From assembly GCF_947568905.1 (NCBI RefSeq), contig NC_079170.1, positions 23,126,001 through 23,190,000 of the forward strand: a stretch of DNA of 64,000 nt, written 5' to 3'. Below, one piece after another: positions 13,036 to 26,039 of the stretch. How positions within the stretch are numbered: the stretch's first letter is position 1; each line of letters starts with the position of its first letter. Position numbers and translations under genes: made by a program. Origin of the DNA: Ostrea edulis. Lineage: Eukaryota. The notes under the pieces are model-generated. The model made no database searches, had not been told where the DNA came from, and saw only the letters and a list, made by a program, of their open reading frames with translations.

Positions 13036-13036
<1 letters not shown>

Positions 13037-14681
13037 ATTGGTAATCATTGATTATAATATTCATGAATGTATGCAGATACGGGAAGTTTAAAACGTTCAG
13101 TATAAATCTTGAAAGGACAATATCTTTCTGATTAATTATCCATCCCCTTTCATTCTGATATATATTTTTTATTTCCCATTTTGCTTTCTTTACATGTTAA
13201 ATTTTTCGGCTCGTCCGGGTTAGGACTAATGAATTAGCACTCCCCCCCTAAAACGATGTTGCGTGCTTAGCTGTCTATCTCTTTCTCAGTCAAAAATAAA
13301 ATAAATACATGCTATATATACTGCAACATCATTGGATTTACTGGATAATTCTTCGATTTCACCTTCATAATACATGTTAATGCAAGCGGACTATCTAGTA
13401 GGCATTTTTTTTCCATCTTCGCTAGCCAAGATTATTCGTACACGAAGGCACAGTTGACCCAAAACCCATTGCTAGTGGAGATGAGATGAATTTTACCCCC
13501 GTATTATGTTATAACTGACCAAAACCTAGTACGTTTGTTTCTTTCAGAGGACGCGCAAGTTTGTGAGTCACTGAATAAACGAGAAAACGTCTGTATTTTT
13601 ATTTCAATTGTTGTCAACTCTATACTTTGTGATATTTCAAGACTACGGTACATGTACTCAATTCAATTTATTGGATCTCATCACCATTATGCAGTGGTAT
13701 ACAAAACTATAAAGACAAAAAGCTGTTTTATATACATTTAGTAAATAATACATGCGTGTAATAAAGTATTTATCAAGTTTGGGGAAAAAACGTGTTATTA
13801 CTAATGTGAAGTATGGGCATTCTAGGTAGGGAACCACATTTTATTTTATTATTTTCTTAATGAAAGTATGGAGTTTTCTAAAGGTTTGTTTAAAAGGAAA
13901 GATATTTTTATGTTTTATTTGTTTAGGTGATAAAAATTTGATTCTTTGCTCACATTGCTTCACTGTTGAATACATAATGAAATTCATTTCCAATGTAAAC
14001 ATGTACATGTATATAGCTGACCTTAATCACCTATTCCTAATTACACTGAAAACCTTATGTTAAAATTAAACCATTGCTTATGGTACACATTTCTTTGAAC
14101 TGCTATTTATCAAATTGAAATTACTGGCATGCGATTGTCGTTGTTCATGACCCTTCTTTTATTTCGTGAAATTGTGCTGCACGTGCCATGAAACAATGTA
14201 TCGACGAGTGGTGGAAATAACAGAGGTGTTTATATACAGGATGTCGAGAATTTGGGCGTTTCATAAAAAGGTGTGAATGTCTGCAGGGAAGTTTACATAC
14301 GGATATATATGTACCGAAAACACCAACGTATCATTAAACAACAATTACAAGAATTGAATGATTGATAGCTAATTTCTAAATAATGAATGGGGTGGGGGCA
14401 TGCATGCTGGCCAAGCGAAAAGTTTTTTGGGGGAATCATTTCGGAAATTATTTCTTTGTTTTATCACACGGAGGTACACGGTCGCATCGACGGAGTTACA
14501 GGTGACATTCACGGAGATGCGCGGTGGCATCCACAGAGATCCTCCGTGGACTTCAATGTCTAGCTCGCGCGGAAAAAATAGGACTTCAAAGGTGCCGACA
14601 ATTTTTAAGGTCCACCGTGTTTGGGGCAAATTTGTTCCACCGCGTTGCGTGGAACACGCATACAACTCGTGTCGTGTACTG

Positions 14682-14775
14682 TATGTCCAAGGGTTCGTGT
14701 TTGCCCAACTATCTATTTTGTATTGCTTATAGGAGTTATGAGATTGATCACTGTTCCCTATCTTACCCTTTCATT
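14682..14775 (+). mobile_element. Naiad-type 3' fragment, right part
   Basis: Continuation of 10960-11332. Confidence 0.75.
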
Positions 14776-15749
14776 CCCAAACATACAATTGAAGCTTCAA
14801 CAGCTGGAAATTGGCAGAGTCTCCTTGATTGTAATGATTGCATGGTATGTTACCGACTGAATTCGGTAAAAAAATTACCCCCATGAACTGCTCGGCGAGG
14901 AAACTATGCCAGCCGCCATGTTAATTTCTTTACTCAGGGTTATCGGGACACTTCAGAAAAGGTACGTAGTTCTGATATATGAGCGTACCGAACATGTTGT
15001 AGGTGACGGTCTGATTGGCAACATCCTGAGATTACCTCGTACTGGGAGCTGCTAGATTTTGTATTGAAGCTCATCATAGAGGAGCAGTTTTACATGTGTA
15101 ATTTTAATTAAATTACACGTTTATCTGATCAAGACATGGGGTTTATGGTGAGTGTGACCAATCGACAGGGAATAATTATTACACCTATGTACCTGATCCC
15201 ACTTCTGGTATGTCCATGAGTGCTTTTTATTGCTTTATTTTGTATTTTGGATTCAATTTTCACAAACTATCGATGTTTTACCATTGTTATCACCAGTTAG
15301 ATCAATGTTATACTCAGGCATAGTGTTATACGTTTTTCATTTTTTATTACGGTACATTTGTGATATGTCTATACCAGCCATGTAATGAAGTCATTCTGAA
15401 GCGCTCATTTGTCATGTTATGATAGAAAATAATTGGCATTAAACACCCGAAATGGCTCTAGAAGGTTGGGAGTTTCATACCTTTTTGTAGGACAGAATTT
15501 AGATACAGTGAAATTCGTGCATATAAATGGAGTATGACCTGCCTTCACATACCCTCGTAAATTGAGGTGGATCAAGTATTAAAAGATATGTTCTTGTTTT
15601 CTTATTTTCCAATTCAAAAATGATGCAAAAATAAAACCATTAAAAGGGTTAAACGGACGTACACTGTGGAAGTATTACCACAAGCAATTAATATCATGAG
15701 ATCGTTACAATTGCCTCAGTTTTCAAAAGTGACCTTTTCCTGATTGAAT

Positions 15750-16133
15750 ATGACCGCTCAGTCATTTTTGCGTCCACCTCAGACAAAGCAGAGCATCGGC
15801 TGACCCACTACAGAACTGGTTAGACAAAGCAGAGCATCGGCTGACCCACTACAGAACTGGTTAGACAAAGCAGAGCATCGGCTGACCCACTACAGAACTG
15901 GTTAGACAAAGAAATAAGAAAGTGCTATCGTTTGAGTAGAAGAGGGGTCGAATGTTTAACAAATGTGTTTAAATTCGACTTAGAGAGGTTAACCAAGCGG
16001 AGCCATGCCCTGATTGTAGTTCTACAATTTTTTATTACGCTTAGGTTATATGCCAGAGGTACATGTAGTTTCTTACAAGTAATTGGGGACACATTAGGTA
16101 GATTTATATTATTGAGAAGAGCACAGTCTTTAA
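15750..16133 (+). pseudogene. Harbinger (HARBI1-like) transposase, 5' part
   Basis: DPLQNWLDKEIRKCYRLSRRGVECL...LERLTKRSHALIVVLQFFITLRLYARGTCSFLQVIGDTLG; interrupted by piggyBac at TTAA. Confidence 0.75.
15781..15911. repeat. Perfect 41-bp tandem repeat x3 plus 8 nt
   Basis: AGACAAAGCAGAGCATCGGCTGACCCACTACAGAACTGGTT, no spacers. Confidence 0.95.
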
Positions 16134-16643
16134 CTCTTTGCCTATCACGCCGCCTATGACGTAAAAGTAGCATTTGCTTTCGCCACTGAATGATGACGTT
16201 ACCCTCTTCCCCACAGCGCTTCTTAGCTGATTTGCAAAAAATCGGAATTTTTAACACATTTTTTCGCAACGTTTTCCATTCTCATATATTAATTTAGCTT
16301 ACCGTGAATAGCTATTATAAAAGCTGACACTTTATTACTTTCGAATCGGGAGTAGAAGCAAGTCAAAATTTACGATGAATATAGATGTAAAATATTTTCT
16401 TTTCAAATGGTTTATCATCGTTAAATTCGTTTATTTTTATTCGAAATATGATTTAGATTTTTGTTTTCACTTCAAGCAATCTTGTTGTTAAATTTAATCT
16501 TCATTTCAAACAAACATGACAACGGAAACGTAATCGATTTAGTTTTACACAAGTTTTAACGTTTTCATTTATTCAGACTAATTGGAATATTTCTGCAACA
16601 CGTCGTGTAAATAAGATTTTACTATGTTGTAAATTTTCGATAA

Positions 16644-17247
16644 TCACTCTTCAGTGCTCAAGAAATTGTGAAATAAAACAAAGCATTGTTTTCCACATAA
16701 ATGTACATCACACAACTGGCATCCGTATGCTGTGTCCTTCCTCTTTTCCGGAACAGCTTTAGAGCAGGATTTGCAATAAGACCGTTTGATTGACAGTCTA
16801 CCGAACTTATGGGTTGTAGAATTTAAGGTTTGTGGTCGCCTGGTAGCTGTCTTTTGTGGTGTCCTGAATACTCCGATTAGGAGTTGTGCAAGTGATAGGC
16901 GGAAGTCAAGCTGTCTGTACCTCTTCTTGGGCAGATCTGCACTGTCCTTCATGATGAGAAATATGTTAATGATTGCTGTGTTGATCAGGAAGTACATGAC
17001 ATATTTCTACCATTTTTTGATGGGCCGACCAACTGAATATTTCGATCGTAACTGGTCAAAAATGTCAACGCCTCGGAAAAATGATTGGTATTGACCAACA
17101 CTCTGTGGTCAGGGAATGAAAACTACAACCCAATCCTTAAGGCGCCGATTTTCATTCGTACTCATTTCCACTGGAGATGAAACAGTCGACAATACTGCAA
17201 GAGGTCGACTGTCCATCCATAATGTGGCAGTCAGCTGACCATCCTGC
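16644..17247 (-). pseudogene. piggyBac transposase exon 4 (third catalytic Asp region and Cys-rich domain)
   Basis: QDGQLTATLWMDSRP...RGVDIFDQLRSKY...KKW*KY...CKSC...YGCQLCDVHLC..CF..FH; two in-frame stops; acceptor TTCTTCTAG. Confidence 0.85.
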
Positions 17248-17817
17248 CTAGAAGAACAAATACATATTCACGTGTATTCAAGTCCTATACTCTGCGTATG
17301 GCGCACGCCATTTCTTAAGTACTTTAATTCATTATCATTAGGAGCGAGATCAAAAGATCGATGTCGGATGAAAATATCAATTCAATTAGTTAGGGGGAGG
17401 GGTGAAAACTCCCGTAAGTTCTTGTCATCTAACATATATTGCACTTACGTGGAAAAAGAAAAAAAGACATGTGACTGTTAAAAACCACATTATAATGTTA
17501 CAATTTAATGAACATTTAATAGTTTTAATGAACACTTTAATTTGTAAATAAACAGTAGAAAAGGTATACAGAGTGATATATATTCGTATGCTTTTACTCG
17601 TTAATCGATTAGTTTCAACATTCATCATAGTTGGTTTATTTTGATCACTTTTCGTAATTTTTACCTTTCATTTAGTTCTAAGGGTGGGGTGGGGGTCTTG
17701 AGGAAAATATGTGAATTTAGTTTTTCGTCAGACATTGAACTTTTGATCTAGCCCCTTACACTTTCCATATTTCAAAGTAATTTAGGTGCGGGTATTTAAT
17801 ACCAATTTGATAAATAC

Positions 17818-18163
17818 CGTATGGCATATTCTCCTTGAGACATGCGAGGTAGGATCTTCAAATCTGATGGAAATCCCTTCCTGTTCTTATGATTGTTCCA
17901 CATGAAAATATCCTCTTTTCAAGTAGTGACCTCGCAAGGGATATAGATGTGGAAAAATTGTCATAAAATAAATGGAAATTCCTTCCTTCCAATCCTTTGG
18001 TCAATTTTTTCACTACCGCATGACCAACAGATTTCCGGATCCATCTGTATTGATCTCTGTCGAGATACAGGTCCACTTGATGACAAAAGGCAGTAACACC
18101 ATCACATCGTAACCAAACTGTCAGCCTCCAACGTGTTGGTTTGGATGGAATATACTGTTTAGT
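17818..18163 (-). pseudogene. piggyBac transposase exon 3
   Basis: TKQYIPSKPTRW...HLFYDNFSTSISLARSL...CGTI; one frameshift; acceptor TTATTGTAG, phase-2 donor CG|GTATTT. Confidence 0.85.
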
Positions 18164-18490
18164 CTACAATAACAGCGATCATAATTTACATACATGGTTA
18201 GCATAAACGTACCTCAAAATTCGTGGATGAAAAATCTCTAATAACAAAGTAAATATCGGTTTTGATTAACTTTTACATAATGGCAATGCAAATACATGCA
18301 TGTACGTATGGGTGGGGGGGGGGGGGGGTAGTCTCAATCACTTGTTATTAACTAAGATTGTTTTTGTCTAACTATTACTTGTATACATTTAATACATAAT
18401 TTCTCCACTTTTTTTCTATAAAAAGGGATGACTGAAATCAAAATTATTTGAATGTATTAAGTATATTATACACAATCAGTATAACAGTAC

Positions 18491-18812
18491 ATTGTGGCGC
18501 CCTTTATATGCCATCATACCCTCGTCAATTACCTGGTATTGTCGGGGTTTGTAACGTTTTGAGATATTTTCCAAGATGAGGCGAATTTTACAGAGCGGGT
18601 CATCAGTGTCCGCGGAACTACAATGGAGGTATTGAGTTATCTTCTCGTATCTTCGGACTGGCATTACATGAATAAACCCAGGGTTTGCGAAAACGTATTT
18701 TTGCTCCAGTGGAGTTTGTAGTCTGGTAACTTGTTAATACCCATGATGATGAACAGGCCCAGGTACGTTCTCATTTTATCTGTTGTACAATCATACCAGG
18801 CTGGATCATGAC
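18491..18812 (-). pseudogene. piggyBac transposase exon 2
   Basis: GHDPAWYDCTTDKMRTYLGLFIIMGINKLPDYKLHWS...MPVRRYEKITQYLH...VIDEGMMAYKGRH; one frameshift. Confidence 0.85.
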
Positions 18813-19724
18813 CTGATAGCAATTGGAAATTTTATTTTATCAGATTTTGTAAAATCCAAAACTATCCGGGTAACGTGACATTATTTTATGATGTGGATAG
18901 AAGTATTCCAAATAATATACATGTCATATTGATTTATACAAATGGCCCCGCGTTTAGCTCAAAAGTTATCCGACTCTGTCCAATAAGTATTGCTACATTC
19001 CCGTTTGGTGTCTATATAGATATAACACACATAGGGATTTTTACTGTTTTACAGAGTTGTGACATCATTCAGCAGTTGATTTGTCAGTGTAAGTATAAAA
19101 ATGGTAAAAATTTAAAATGACAGGGTGGTTGTTCGAACCATATTGTATTTATATATCCACCAAGTTAACCACCGAACAAAAACCCCAAAAGTTTTTTATT
19201 TAACAATAACCCACCAACTTTGACAGCTAGCTCCTTTAGCTATAATTTCTCGTGAATCGTGTAAAAAAAAAACACAACAATGTGATGTTGTTCCAAAATA
19301 AAATGAATTCACAAATGTCAAAATGAAAATGATTACTGTATAGTATTACAAAGTTCTTATTTTCGCCCAATAACCTCAAAGTCAATTTCCTATGTAAGAT
19401 GTTCAGCATTTGCGTAGGCGAAAGGGGTGAATATAAAAAGTACGTAACTTATGCGAAATATCTAATCAATCTAAATTTCCTGCAAGCTTTCAATGATTAG
19501 AAATAAGAATTTAAAAAAGTAGGCCTGTGTGAATCTAAATGCAACGCATCTGTTGAAATTAGGATTAGACGAATCAAATCAAAATCACTGCAAGTTTTAT
19601 TATTGTGGGCCTACAATAAGCGATTTTAATGATACTTTTGAAAATTTATTTTGTTTACATTTAACAAAGATTACCCGGTATTCCCTTATGTAAATAAACT
19701 ACAAATATATTAATAATACTCTAC

Positions 19725-20049
19725 CTATCAACTCTTGTGTCTCTTTGGAATATTTATTTGTTCCCTCGGTCAATACCTCAATGCATCTTTCATCAAAAAT
19801 CAAATCAAAGAAGCTCTTCTCATTGTCTGACCGTCGCAGATTATGCGAGGGTCCAACTTCACACAAAAATGGCGGTGTCTCTGTAGCTTCTAATTCAGAG
19901 GACCATTCAAGTTCTAAAGGCTGTAATGGTTGAACTAGTTCATCTTCTAAATCGAAAATGTCCGAGTCCGCAATGGATATATCTTCCGAATCTGTGTTTT
20001 CGCTACTGTCGGAACTACATGTATCGAATAAATCCGGTGAATCGCTCAT
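19725..20049 (-). pseudogene. piggyBac transposase exon 1
   Basis: MSDSPDLFD..., acidic N-terminus, GPSHNL...FFDLIFDERCIEVLTEGTNKYS; phase-1 donor ATAG|GTAGAG. Confidence 0.8.
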
Positions 20050-20300
20050 ATTGTCACTTTTTGTCGCACACCCCAAGATGTTAAGTGAAATGACATATGT
20101 GTTTACGTTTATGATCAATTACGACGTTATATATACTATGGAATGAATTTTCCCATGTATTGGATTAAAAAATTAACTTTTCGCTACATTAACAAAAAGT
20201 AACACAGTAAAATAAATGCACGTTGAAAGTGCGTTAAAGTGCATGATTGTGGAGCAACGGTATATTCGTTAAAGTGCGTGATTGTGGGGAAGGGGGTTAA

Positions 20301-20570
20301 CGCTGTGAAAGAAGTTACTGACGCAATTGTCAGTCGGACATTCGGGCAGGACGCTTCATTACATGACCAACAACAAACATGGTAATGGTGTTAATAAGAA
20401 CCGGTTTTTACCAGCAAACCGGCGTTCCCAGTGTCATCGGCTGTTCGATGGAACCCATGTCTGAATTATTACACCTACCTCAGACGAAAACGCCTATGTT
20501 AATAGGAAATAATTTCACATCATAAACGTGCAAACAGTCTGTGATCATGATGGTAACTATTTCGCATTGA
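20301..20570 (+). pseudogene. Harbinger transposase, continuation after piggyBac
   Basis: AVKEVTDAIV...SVIG...DGTHV.IITPTSDENAYVNRK*FHIINVQTVCDHDG with frameshifts. Confidence 0.75.
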
Positions 20571-21069
20571 CCTTAGGAACCCTCGAATCATTTAAAATGT
20601 TACGTTTGTGGTGCTATTACACACATTTACTTGTAATTGCTATTTTTGAATGTAAACCTATTAATAGCAGTTCAAATTGATCGATATGTACCTTAATGAA
20701 CAAATGTAGTTATTTTATTATCAATGATACAAAAAAGACAAATATATATTGCCCTTGAGAAAATGAAGAGCAGACGAATCATTACATTGGACTAAATTTT
20801 TCAGTTCATTCTGAGTTAAATTGCATGAATAGAAATATTTTCCGTGTTGAATTCATTTAAAAAAAAACATACTCTGTAAGCTTAGAGAATGAATTCCACT
20901 TAAATATCACTTCATTGGAATGTTTTATGAGTCTGGTGTCAATGTCATACTCAGAGGTGCATACAGGAACAACAAGTGTAACACATGTATAAATTAAGCA
21001 GAAAAAATACATGACTATGTAAATGTGATTGCTCTTTCAAATATATAATAAAACTAACAAACCAGATTG

Positions 21070-21355
21070 GTCCCAAAGGGAGGTCTCCATTACCCCCACG
21101 ATTTCTGAAAAAATAAGAAGAATCCCGGTGCATGTCAACTACCTCCATCATAGATTGTGATAGAGGTTTTGGCGGGGACCTTCTCCTGTCTTCTTTTTCT
21201 CCCTCCGGTGTTCAGTATACTTTTGTTTGACATCTCAATATTTGTAACAGAGTAACTTGGACTCTAATATGGGATGTTCCTTTACCAGATTGCATATTAT
21301 GTTGGTTTCTGCAATGCTGAAATTAACACTTCTTCTTTTCTTCCCAATTTTGCAG
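21070..21355 (-). pseudogene. Harbinger Myb/SANT-like accessory gene remnant
   Basis: KKRRSVNFSIAETNIICNLVKEHPILESKL...YTEHRREKKKTGEGP..PKPLSQSMMEVVDMHRDSS; convergent with the transposase; candidate right end TTCAAGAAAACCGTGCTCC ~21567-21585. Confidence 0.65.
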
Positions 21356-21670
21356 ACAATTTAGGCCATTTTGTGTACATAGGAAGTGGAAGTACATCAT
21401 GGGTAATCAAATGGTTAAGAAGTGATTAACCCATATAATACAGTGTTAGCTAACCATTACGTTAAATTGTTTTTGAAAAACAGGATTTAACCATTGCGTT
21501 AGCTAATCACTTGATAAGGACTTATCATTGCATTAAACCTAACCACTGTGTTAAAGTTAACCTGCCTTCAAGAAAACCGTGCTCCGATCATACATTTCAG
21601 GAGTAATCTCTAACATGTATCATTTATTCTTCGCAAATAAAGAAAATAAATACTGTAGATGTTTAGATAC

Positions 21671-22024
21671 ATTTTACATATTGACCCCTGGGTCGGGGCC
21701 TCTGCTGGTGGACTGTTAGTCCTCGGGGGTCTCTACAGCAGCAACGTACTTCGTTACTAGCTTGAAAATACAGAAGTATAGTTAATTGATGTGATAAAAT
21801 TTAAAAAATTCATTTCAAATTTAAGGATTATCTCCCTCATGCATAACTCTTATCCTTAGACGAATTTGAATCCACTTAAGGCACTCTATTTTCCCATGGT
21901 ATAGCTCTAGCAAGTTTATCGTTATTTCGGATTTCAAACATTTCGGTTCAGCATCCCTAAAGATACATTGTTTGTCGAAATGCGCATCTGGTGCATCAAA
22001 ATTGATACCGTGTAAGTTTTACAT
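21671..22024 (+). mobile_element. Full-length solo copy of the hammerhead-bearing repeat (core inactivated)
   Basis: Whole-unit match to 41891-42245; core CTAAAGAT instead of CTGAAGAG at ~21956-21964; absent at the paralogous site ~33430. Confidence 0.85.
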
Positions 22025-22059
22025 TTTTCAGATCGCACTGATTTTGCTCTTGTCCATAT

Positions 22060-22580
22060 GCCATAATTATTTAACAATATGCCATTATCATTGGAATATG
22101 ATGTTTATTTCCCTCAACTGTTTAACATAAGTATGATTCGCGTATCATCAGCTTTAATATCAAGGTAGGCTAGTGACAAATAAGTTGATCTTACAGGGGT
22201 TTCAACATATTCGGAACCCAAGAGTTTTTGGTCCACTAGCGGATTTCGAATTTCAACAGCCTTTTTTAAATTCAGCATTTCATAAATCCATGGTAATCAT
22301 AACGATCAAAATTTACAAATATGACCCGTCGTAAGATCAAGCGCTGTATGAATTAATTCATACCGATTGTTAGGCCGAGCTTTACACACGGATTTTGGCT
22401 ACATATTACGTCTTTTACCCGATGAAAATAAAGGGCTGACGGAGGGTGTGACCGATCAACAATGCTTAATCCTCCCAGGCACCTAATCCCACCTTTGGTG
22501 TATCCAGGGATCCGTGTTTGCCCTATTTTTAATTTCGTATTCTTTCTAAATTGTATGTAATTCATCACGGTTTGGTATCT
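22060..22580 (+). mobile_element. Naiad-type 3' fragment
   Basis: Degenerate RT tail plus 3' end; paralog at 33480-34065. Confidence 0.65.
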
Positions 22581-22851
22581 TCATTGTTTTCTTACTGTGT
22601 CGCTTTTGGGACCATGAAGCTGTATGTAGACGTTTCAATGTGATTGAAAAAGTTTCGACGGGACGTGAAATAATCAATCAATTTCTGTATAGAAAAGTAT
22701 TATGCTACATGAATGTGCCGCTTGTAATAATGTGAGCGTCTTTGTGAAATTGAGCCAAACTATATATGCATTATCGTATGCTGTCTCCGTCGTCAATTAT
22801 GCTTTTGGTTTTGTCTCGAAATATTTGATAACATTCTTAAAATAAACAAAC

Positions 22852-22983
22852 CTTTGGGACAACTTCCATCGATACTGTTACAGTTTGAGCAGGTGGAAGA
22901 ACAGTTATATTGACAATTCTGTTCGTAGAATCCATTTACACAGGGTACGGAACAATTTTGTCCTGTGTATCCTAGGGGGCATT
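22852..22983 (-). CDS. EGF-like exon copy 1 (MEGF10/SCARF-like 8-Cys module)
   Basis: TTTGACAG| 132 nt |GTTTGT, phase 1-1; ECPLGYTGQNCSVPCVNGFYEQNCQYNCSSTCSNCNSIDGSCPK. Confidence 0.85.
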
Positions 22984-23189
22984 CTGTCAAAGCAAACATT
23001 GAACACTTGATACACATTCTTAACATAAGAAATAGTCATTTAGCGAGTCATTTTTCTCTCGATTACTATTGATCTATAAGTTAAATTTAAACATTACATT
23101 ACTAGTTCACATATTGTTCGGTAAATTGGTATCATTGTAGTTCATGAAATGATCTTTCAGACAGTGAACTGTCTGATTTACACATGTCT

Positions 23190-23900
23190 GATTTACACAT
23201 TTGTTTTCGAAAAACAATGTTACGCAATTTACACTTCTGGCATATGTTGTGGTACAGTCAGTTTAAGGTTTCTCTTTCACGGCTGTTAATATTGTCGTGA
23301 GGAGCAAAGGTAGCAATGTATCTTTGCTTGTAAGAATTTTATGTAGTTTAGGAATCCAATATAGGTACGGTATATTCATTTGATCCATTGACTGGGCTAT
23401 CAAATGTGTTTGAAACTGAAGCATCGTTTTGAAGAAGTTCATCTTTTGAAAGGGCAGTTGGAGTATAAATACGATTACTAAACGTGAAATTAATGCCAAG
23501 TTCGTTTAAAATACAGTTGTAATAATGAGCCTTACAAACAAAGATAATGTTGTTACAAGCTTTGTCAGCTGGAACCAAACCATACTCCTTAAGTAACCTA
23601 TCTAATTCTTTTATCACTTCTGCTTTGCTAAACACAGAAGGAGAGGTGGTACGTACTTTGTTTTCATATGCCTAATACAGGATTTTGATATTCCTCTTAT
23701 TCGAAATAACAGAACATATTCTAAAATTAATATTCATATCTTCAAGGACATTACCCACAACTAGTCGTAGTAACCCAGTAATGAGGGCACTTTTTTCGCA
23801 ACCAGACGGCCCGCTTTCGATTTTCATCAAACGTATGACGTTTAACATTGGGATTATATGTGATTATATGATATTTCGAATGTACCGAGGAAGAAAATTG
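23190..23900 (-). mobile_element. Naiad-type internal fragment (region upstream of RT core)
   Basis: VFSKAEVIKELDRL..EY.LVPADKACNNIIFVCKAHYYNCILNELGI...IPYLYWIPKLHK...LLTTILTAVKEK. Confidence 0.75.
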
Positions 23901-24094
23901 ATATGCAGTAACAGGGTTTTCTACGTATATCAAATTAAGCAGAATTAAACAATTTGTGTTTCCAGAAAAGTTAAAGCAATGTGTTTATGAAATTAAGACA
24001 ACTTATATATGCATTAGAATATGCTGTCTTCGTCGTCGAGTATGCTTTTGGTTTTGTCTAGCAACATTTAAGATAATCCATATAGCTAACAAAC

Positions 24095-24226
24095 CTTTGG
24101 GACAACTTCCATCTATAATGTTACAGTTTGAGCAGAAAGAAGGACACTTATGTTGACAAAGTTTTCCGTATAATCCATCTACACAGGGTACTGAACAATT
24201 TGGGCCTATGTATCCTGGGGTGCATT
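24095..24226 (-). CDS. EGF-like exon copy 2
   Basis: TTTGCAG| 132 nt |GTTTGT; ECTPGYIGPNCSVPCVDGLYGKLCQHKCPSFCSNCNIIDGSCPK. Confidence 0.85.
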
Positions 24227-25099
24227 CTGCAAAGCAAATATTGAACATTTTAAACATTCTTAACATAAAAATATTCACTTAGTGAGAGCCATTATTATTT
24301 TTTTCGATCACTATTGATCTATAAGTTAAAGAAATTAAAGCATTAGATTATTTGTTTCCATATTATTTAGTATATTGGAATCATTGCAATTGATGAAATG
24401 ATATTTTAGACAGTGAACTGTATATCATATTCGAAATAAGAATACATATTCTGAAATTAATATTCATATTCTCAAGGACATTCCCCACGACTGGCCGTAG
24501 TAACGCAGTAATGAGAGTCTTTGTTTCGCGACCGGACGACTCAGTTTTGATTTTCATCAAAAGTATGACGTTTAACATAGATGGTGAATGTTCCTTCACC
24601 CGGAATTAGAAGTAAAAGGCAATAGATATGACCCCACAAATGGAGGTCCCATGTCATGTATGTATTGACACGAATAAAAAATCTCAATGTGCCCTGCACG
24701 GGTCAACATTTCTAACAATTTCACCTACAGCTAGTTAAGACTCTGCACAAGCGATATTTCTCAAGGACACGTAAACACATAGAAACATAGAAAACTTTAC
24801 CAACAATTCTATAGTTAAGTATAGTATAAAATTATATTCTGATATCATATCTAGTTACAAAACATCAAGTATCCCCTAGTTCTATAGTTATGAAGATGAT
24901 ATTCTTCTCTTATCACATCTAGTTACAAAACATCAAGTCTTTTTTAGTTTTAGTAATAGCTGGTTACTCACGGCTGCATGTTCCACTTGTCTCATTTCTG
25001 TAGTACCCATTATAGCATCCTGTCGTTATGTTATTTGTTATCAAAATTAAATCAGTTAGTGGTAGAGATAGATAGAATATGATGTATAATCTAAGATAG

Positions 25100-25645
25100 A
25101 TAATAACGGGAAACTAACAACTCAACTTTATGACAGCTTATCCATCGTCAACTTCCCATATTTTAGTAGCAATATTGCATTATAACCTGCATATGGTGTT
25201 TATATCTCTCAACCCATTCAATACGCAAGAGCTTGTTCTGCGTATGGTCAGTTATTAAGTCGGGCAAGCTAATGACAAACAAGTTGATGGTACAGGGATT
25301 TCAACAGTCTCGTTTAAGGTCAGTATTTCACAAATTCTATGGTCGTTATAACGAGTTAGTTTGTAAATACAACCTATTATTGGGTCAAATGATGTCTGAC
25401 GTGTGCCATACCGATTGTTGAACCGTTTGTGGCACACTGATTTTGACTACAGGAAACTCGTTTTACCTGATCAAGATATGGGGCTCACAGCGGGTATGAT
25501 TGGTCGACAGGAAATGCTTACTCCTCCTAGGTACCTGATCCCATCTCTGGAGTGTCCAGGGATTCGTGTTTGCGCAACTATCTATTTCGCATTGCTTATG
25601 GGATTGATGAGATATATCAGTGTTCGTTACCTTCACCTTTCACAG
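25100..25645 (+). mobile_element. Naiad-type 3' fragment
   Basis: GKLMTNKLMVQGFQQSRLRSVFHKFYGRYNELVCKYNLLLGQMMSDVCHTDC* plus 3' end. Confidence 0.8.
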
Positions 25646-25989
25646 ATATAAGATATGTGTTAATAATTTGTTCAACGCTTGGTAATAAATATCGATGTTG
25701 TTGTTTTATTAAGTATATTGATTTTGAAAGCTTTATACTTCTTATGAAATCTTTGAAATGTTCTATTTCCGTTGACTGTGACATCCCTGTAGAAAAAATA
25801 TAATCGATGAAAAACTGGATGCTATGGAAAACAGTCAGCTTGAACATGCACAAGTGTACATTTTCACAGACGCCACTCTTTTGTATGGCTCAAAACATAA
25901 CAGGGTAGTACGTGGTCGTACACATTTGTGGATGGAGGAGAGATGAAGGGATGTAGCATACATGTCAATCGCTTGGTCAGTTCTAATTT

Positions 25990-26002
25990 TTTAAATGTTT
26001 GC

Positions 26003-26039
<37 letters not shown>

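Larger units (their letters stand above)
11333..14681. mobile_element. 3349-bp non-autonomous DNA transposon, TA TSD (Tc1/mariner-type ends)
   Basis: 18-bp perfect TIR CAGTACACGACACGAGTT, TA on both sides, splits a Naiad 3' end; no transposase recognised inside. Confidence 0.85.
16134..20296 (-). mobile_element. piggyBac transposon (4163 bp), decayed
   Basis: TTAA at 16130-16133 and 20297-20300; degenerate TIRs; empty site CACAGTCTTTAAAGCTGTGAAAG at 31721-31743; PGBD-like transposase inside. Confidence 0.9.

Noticed and set aside
15781-15911. CRISPR-like array
   Set aside because: Identical units abut with no spacers, there are no cas genes and the context is a eukaryotic transposon.
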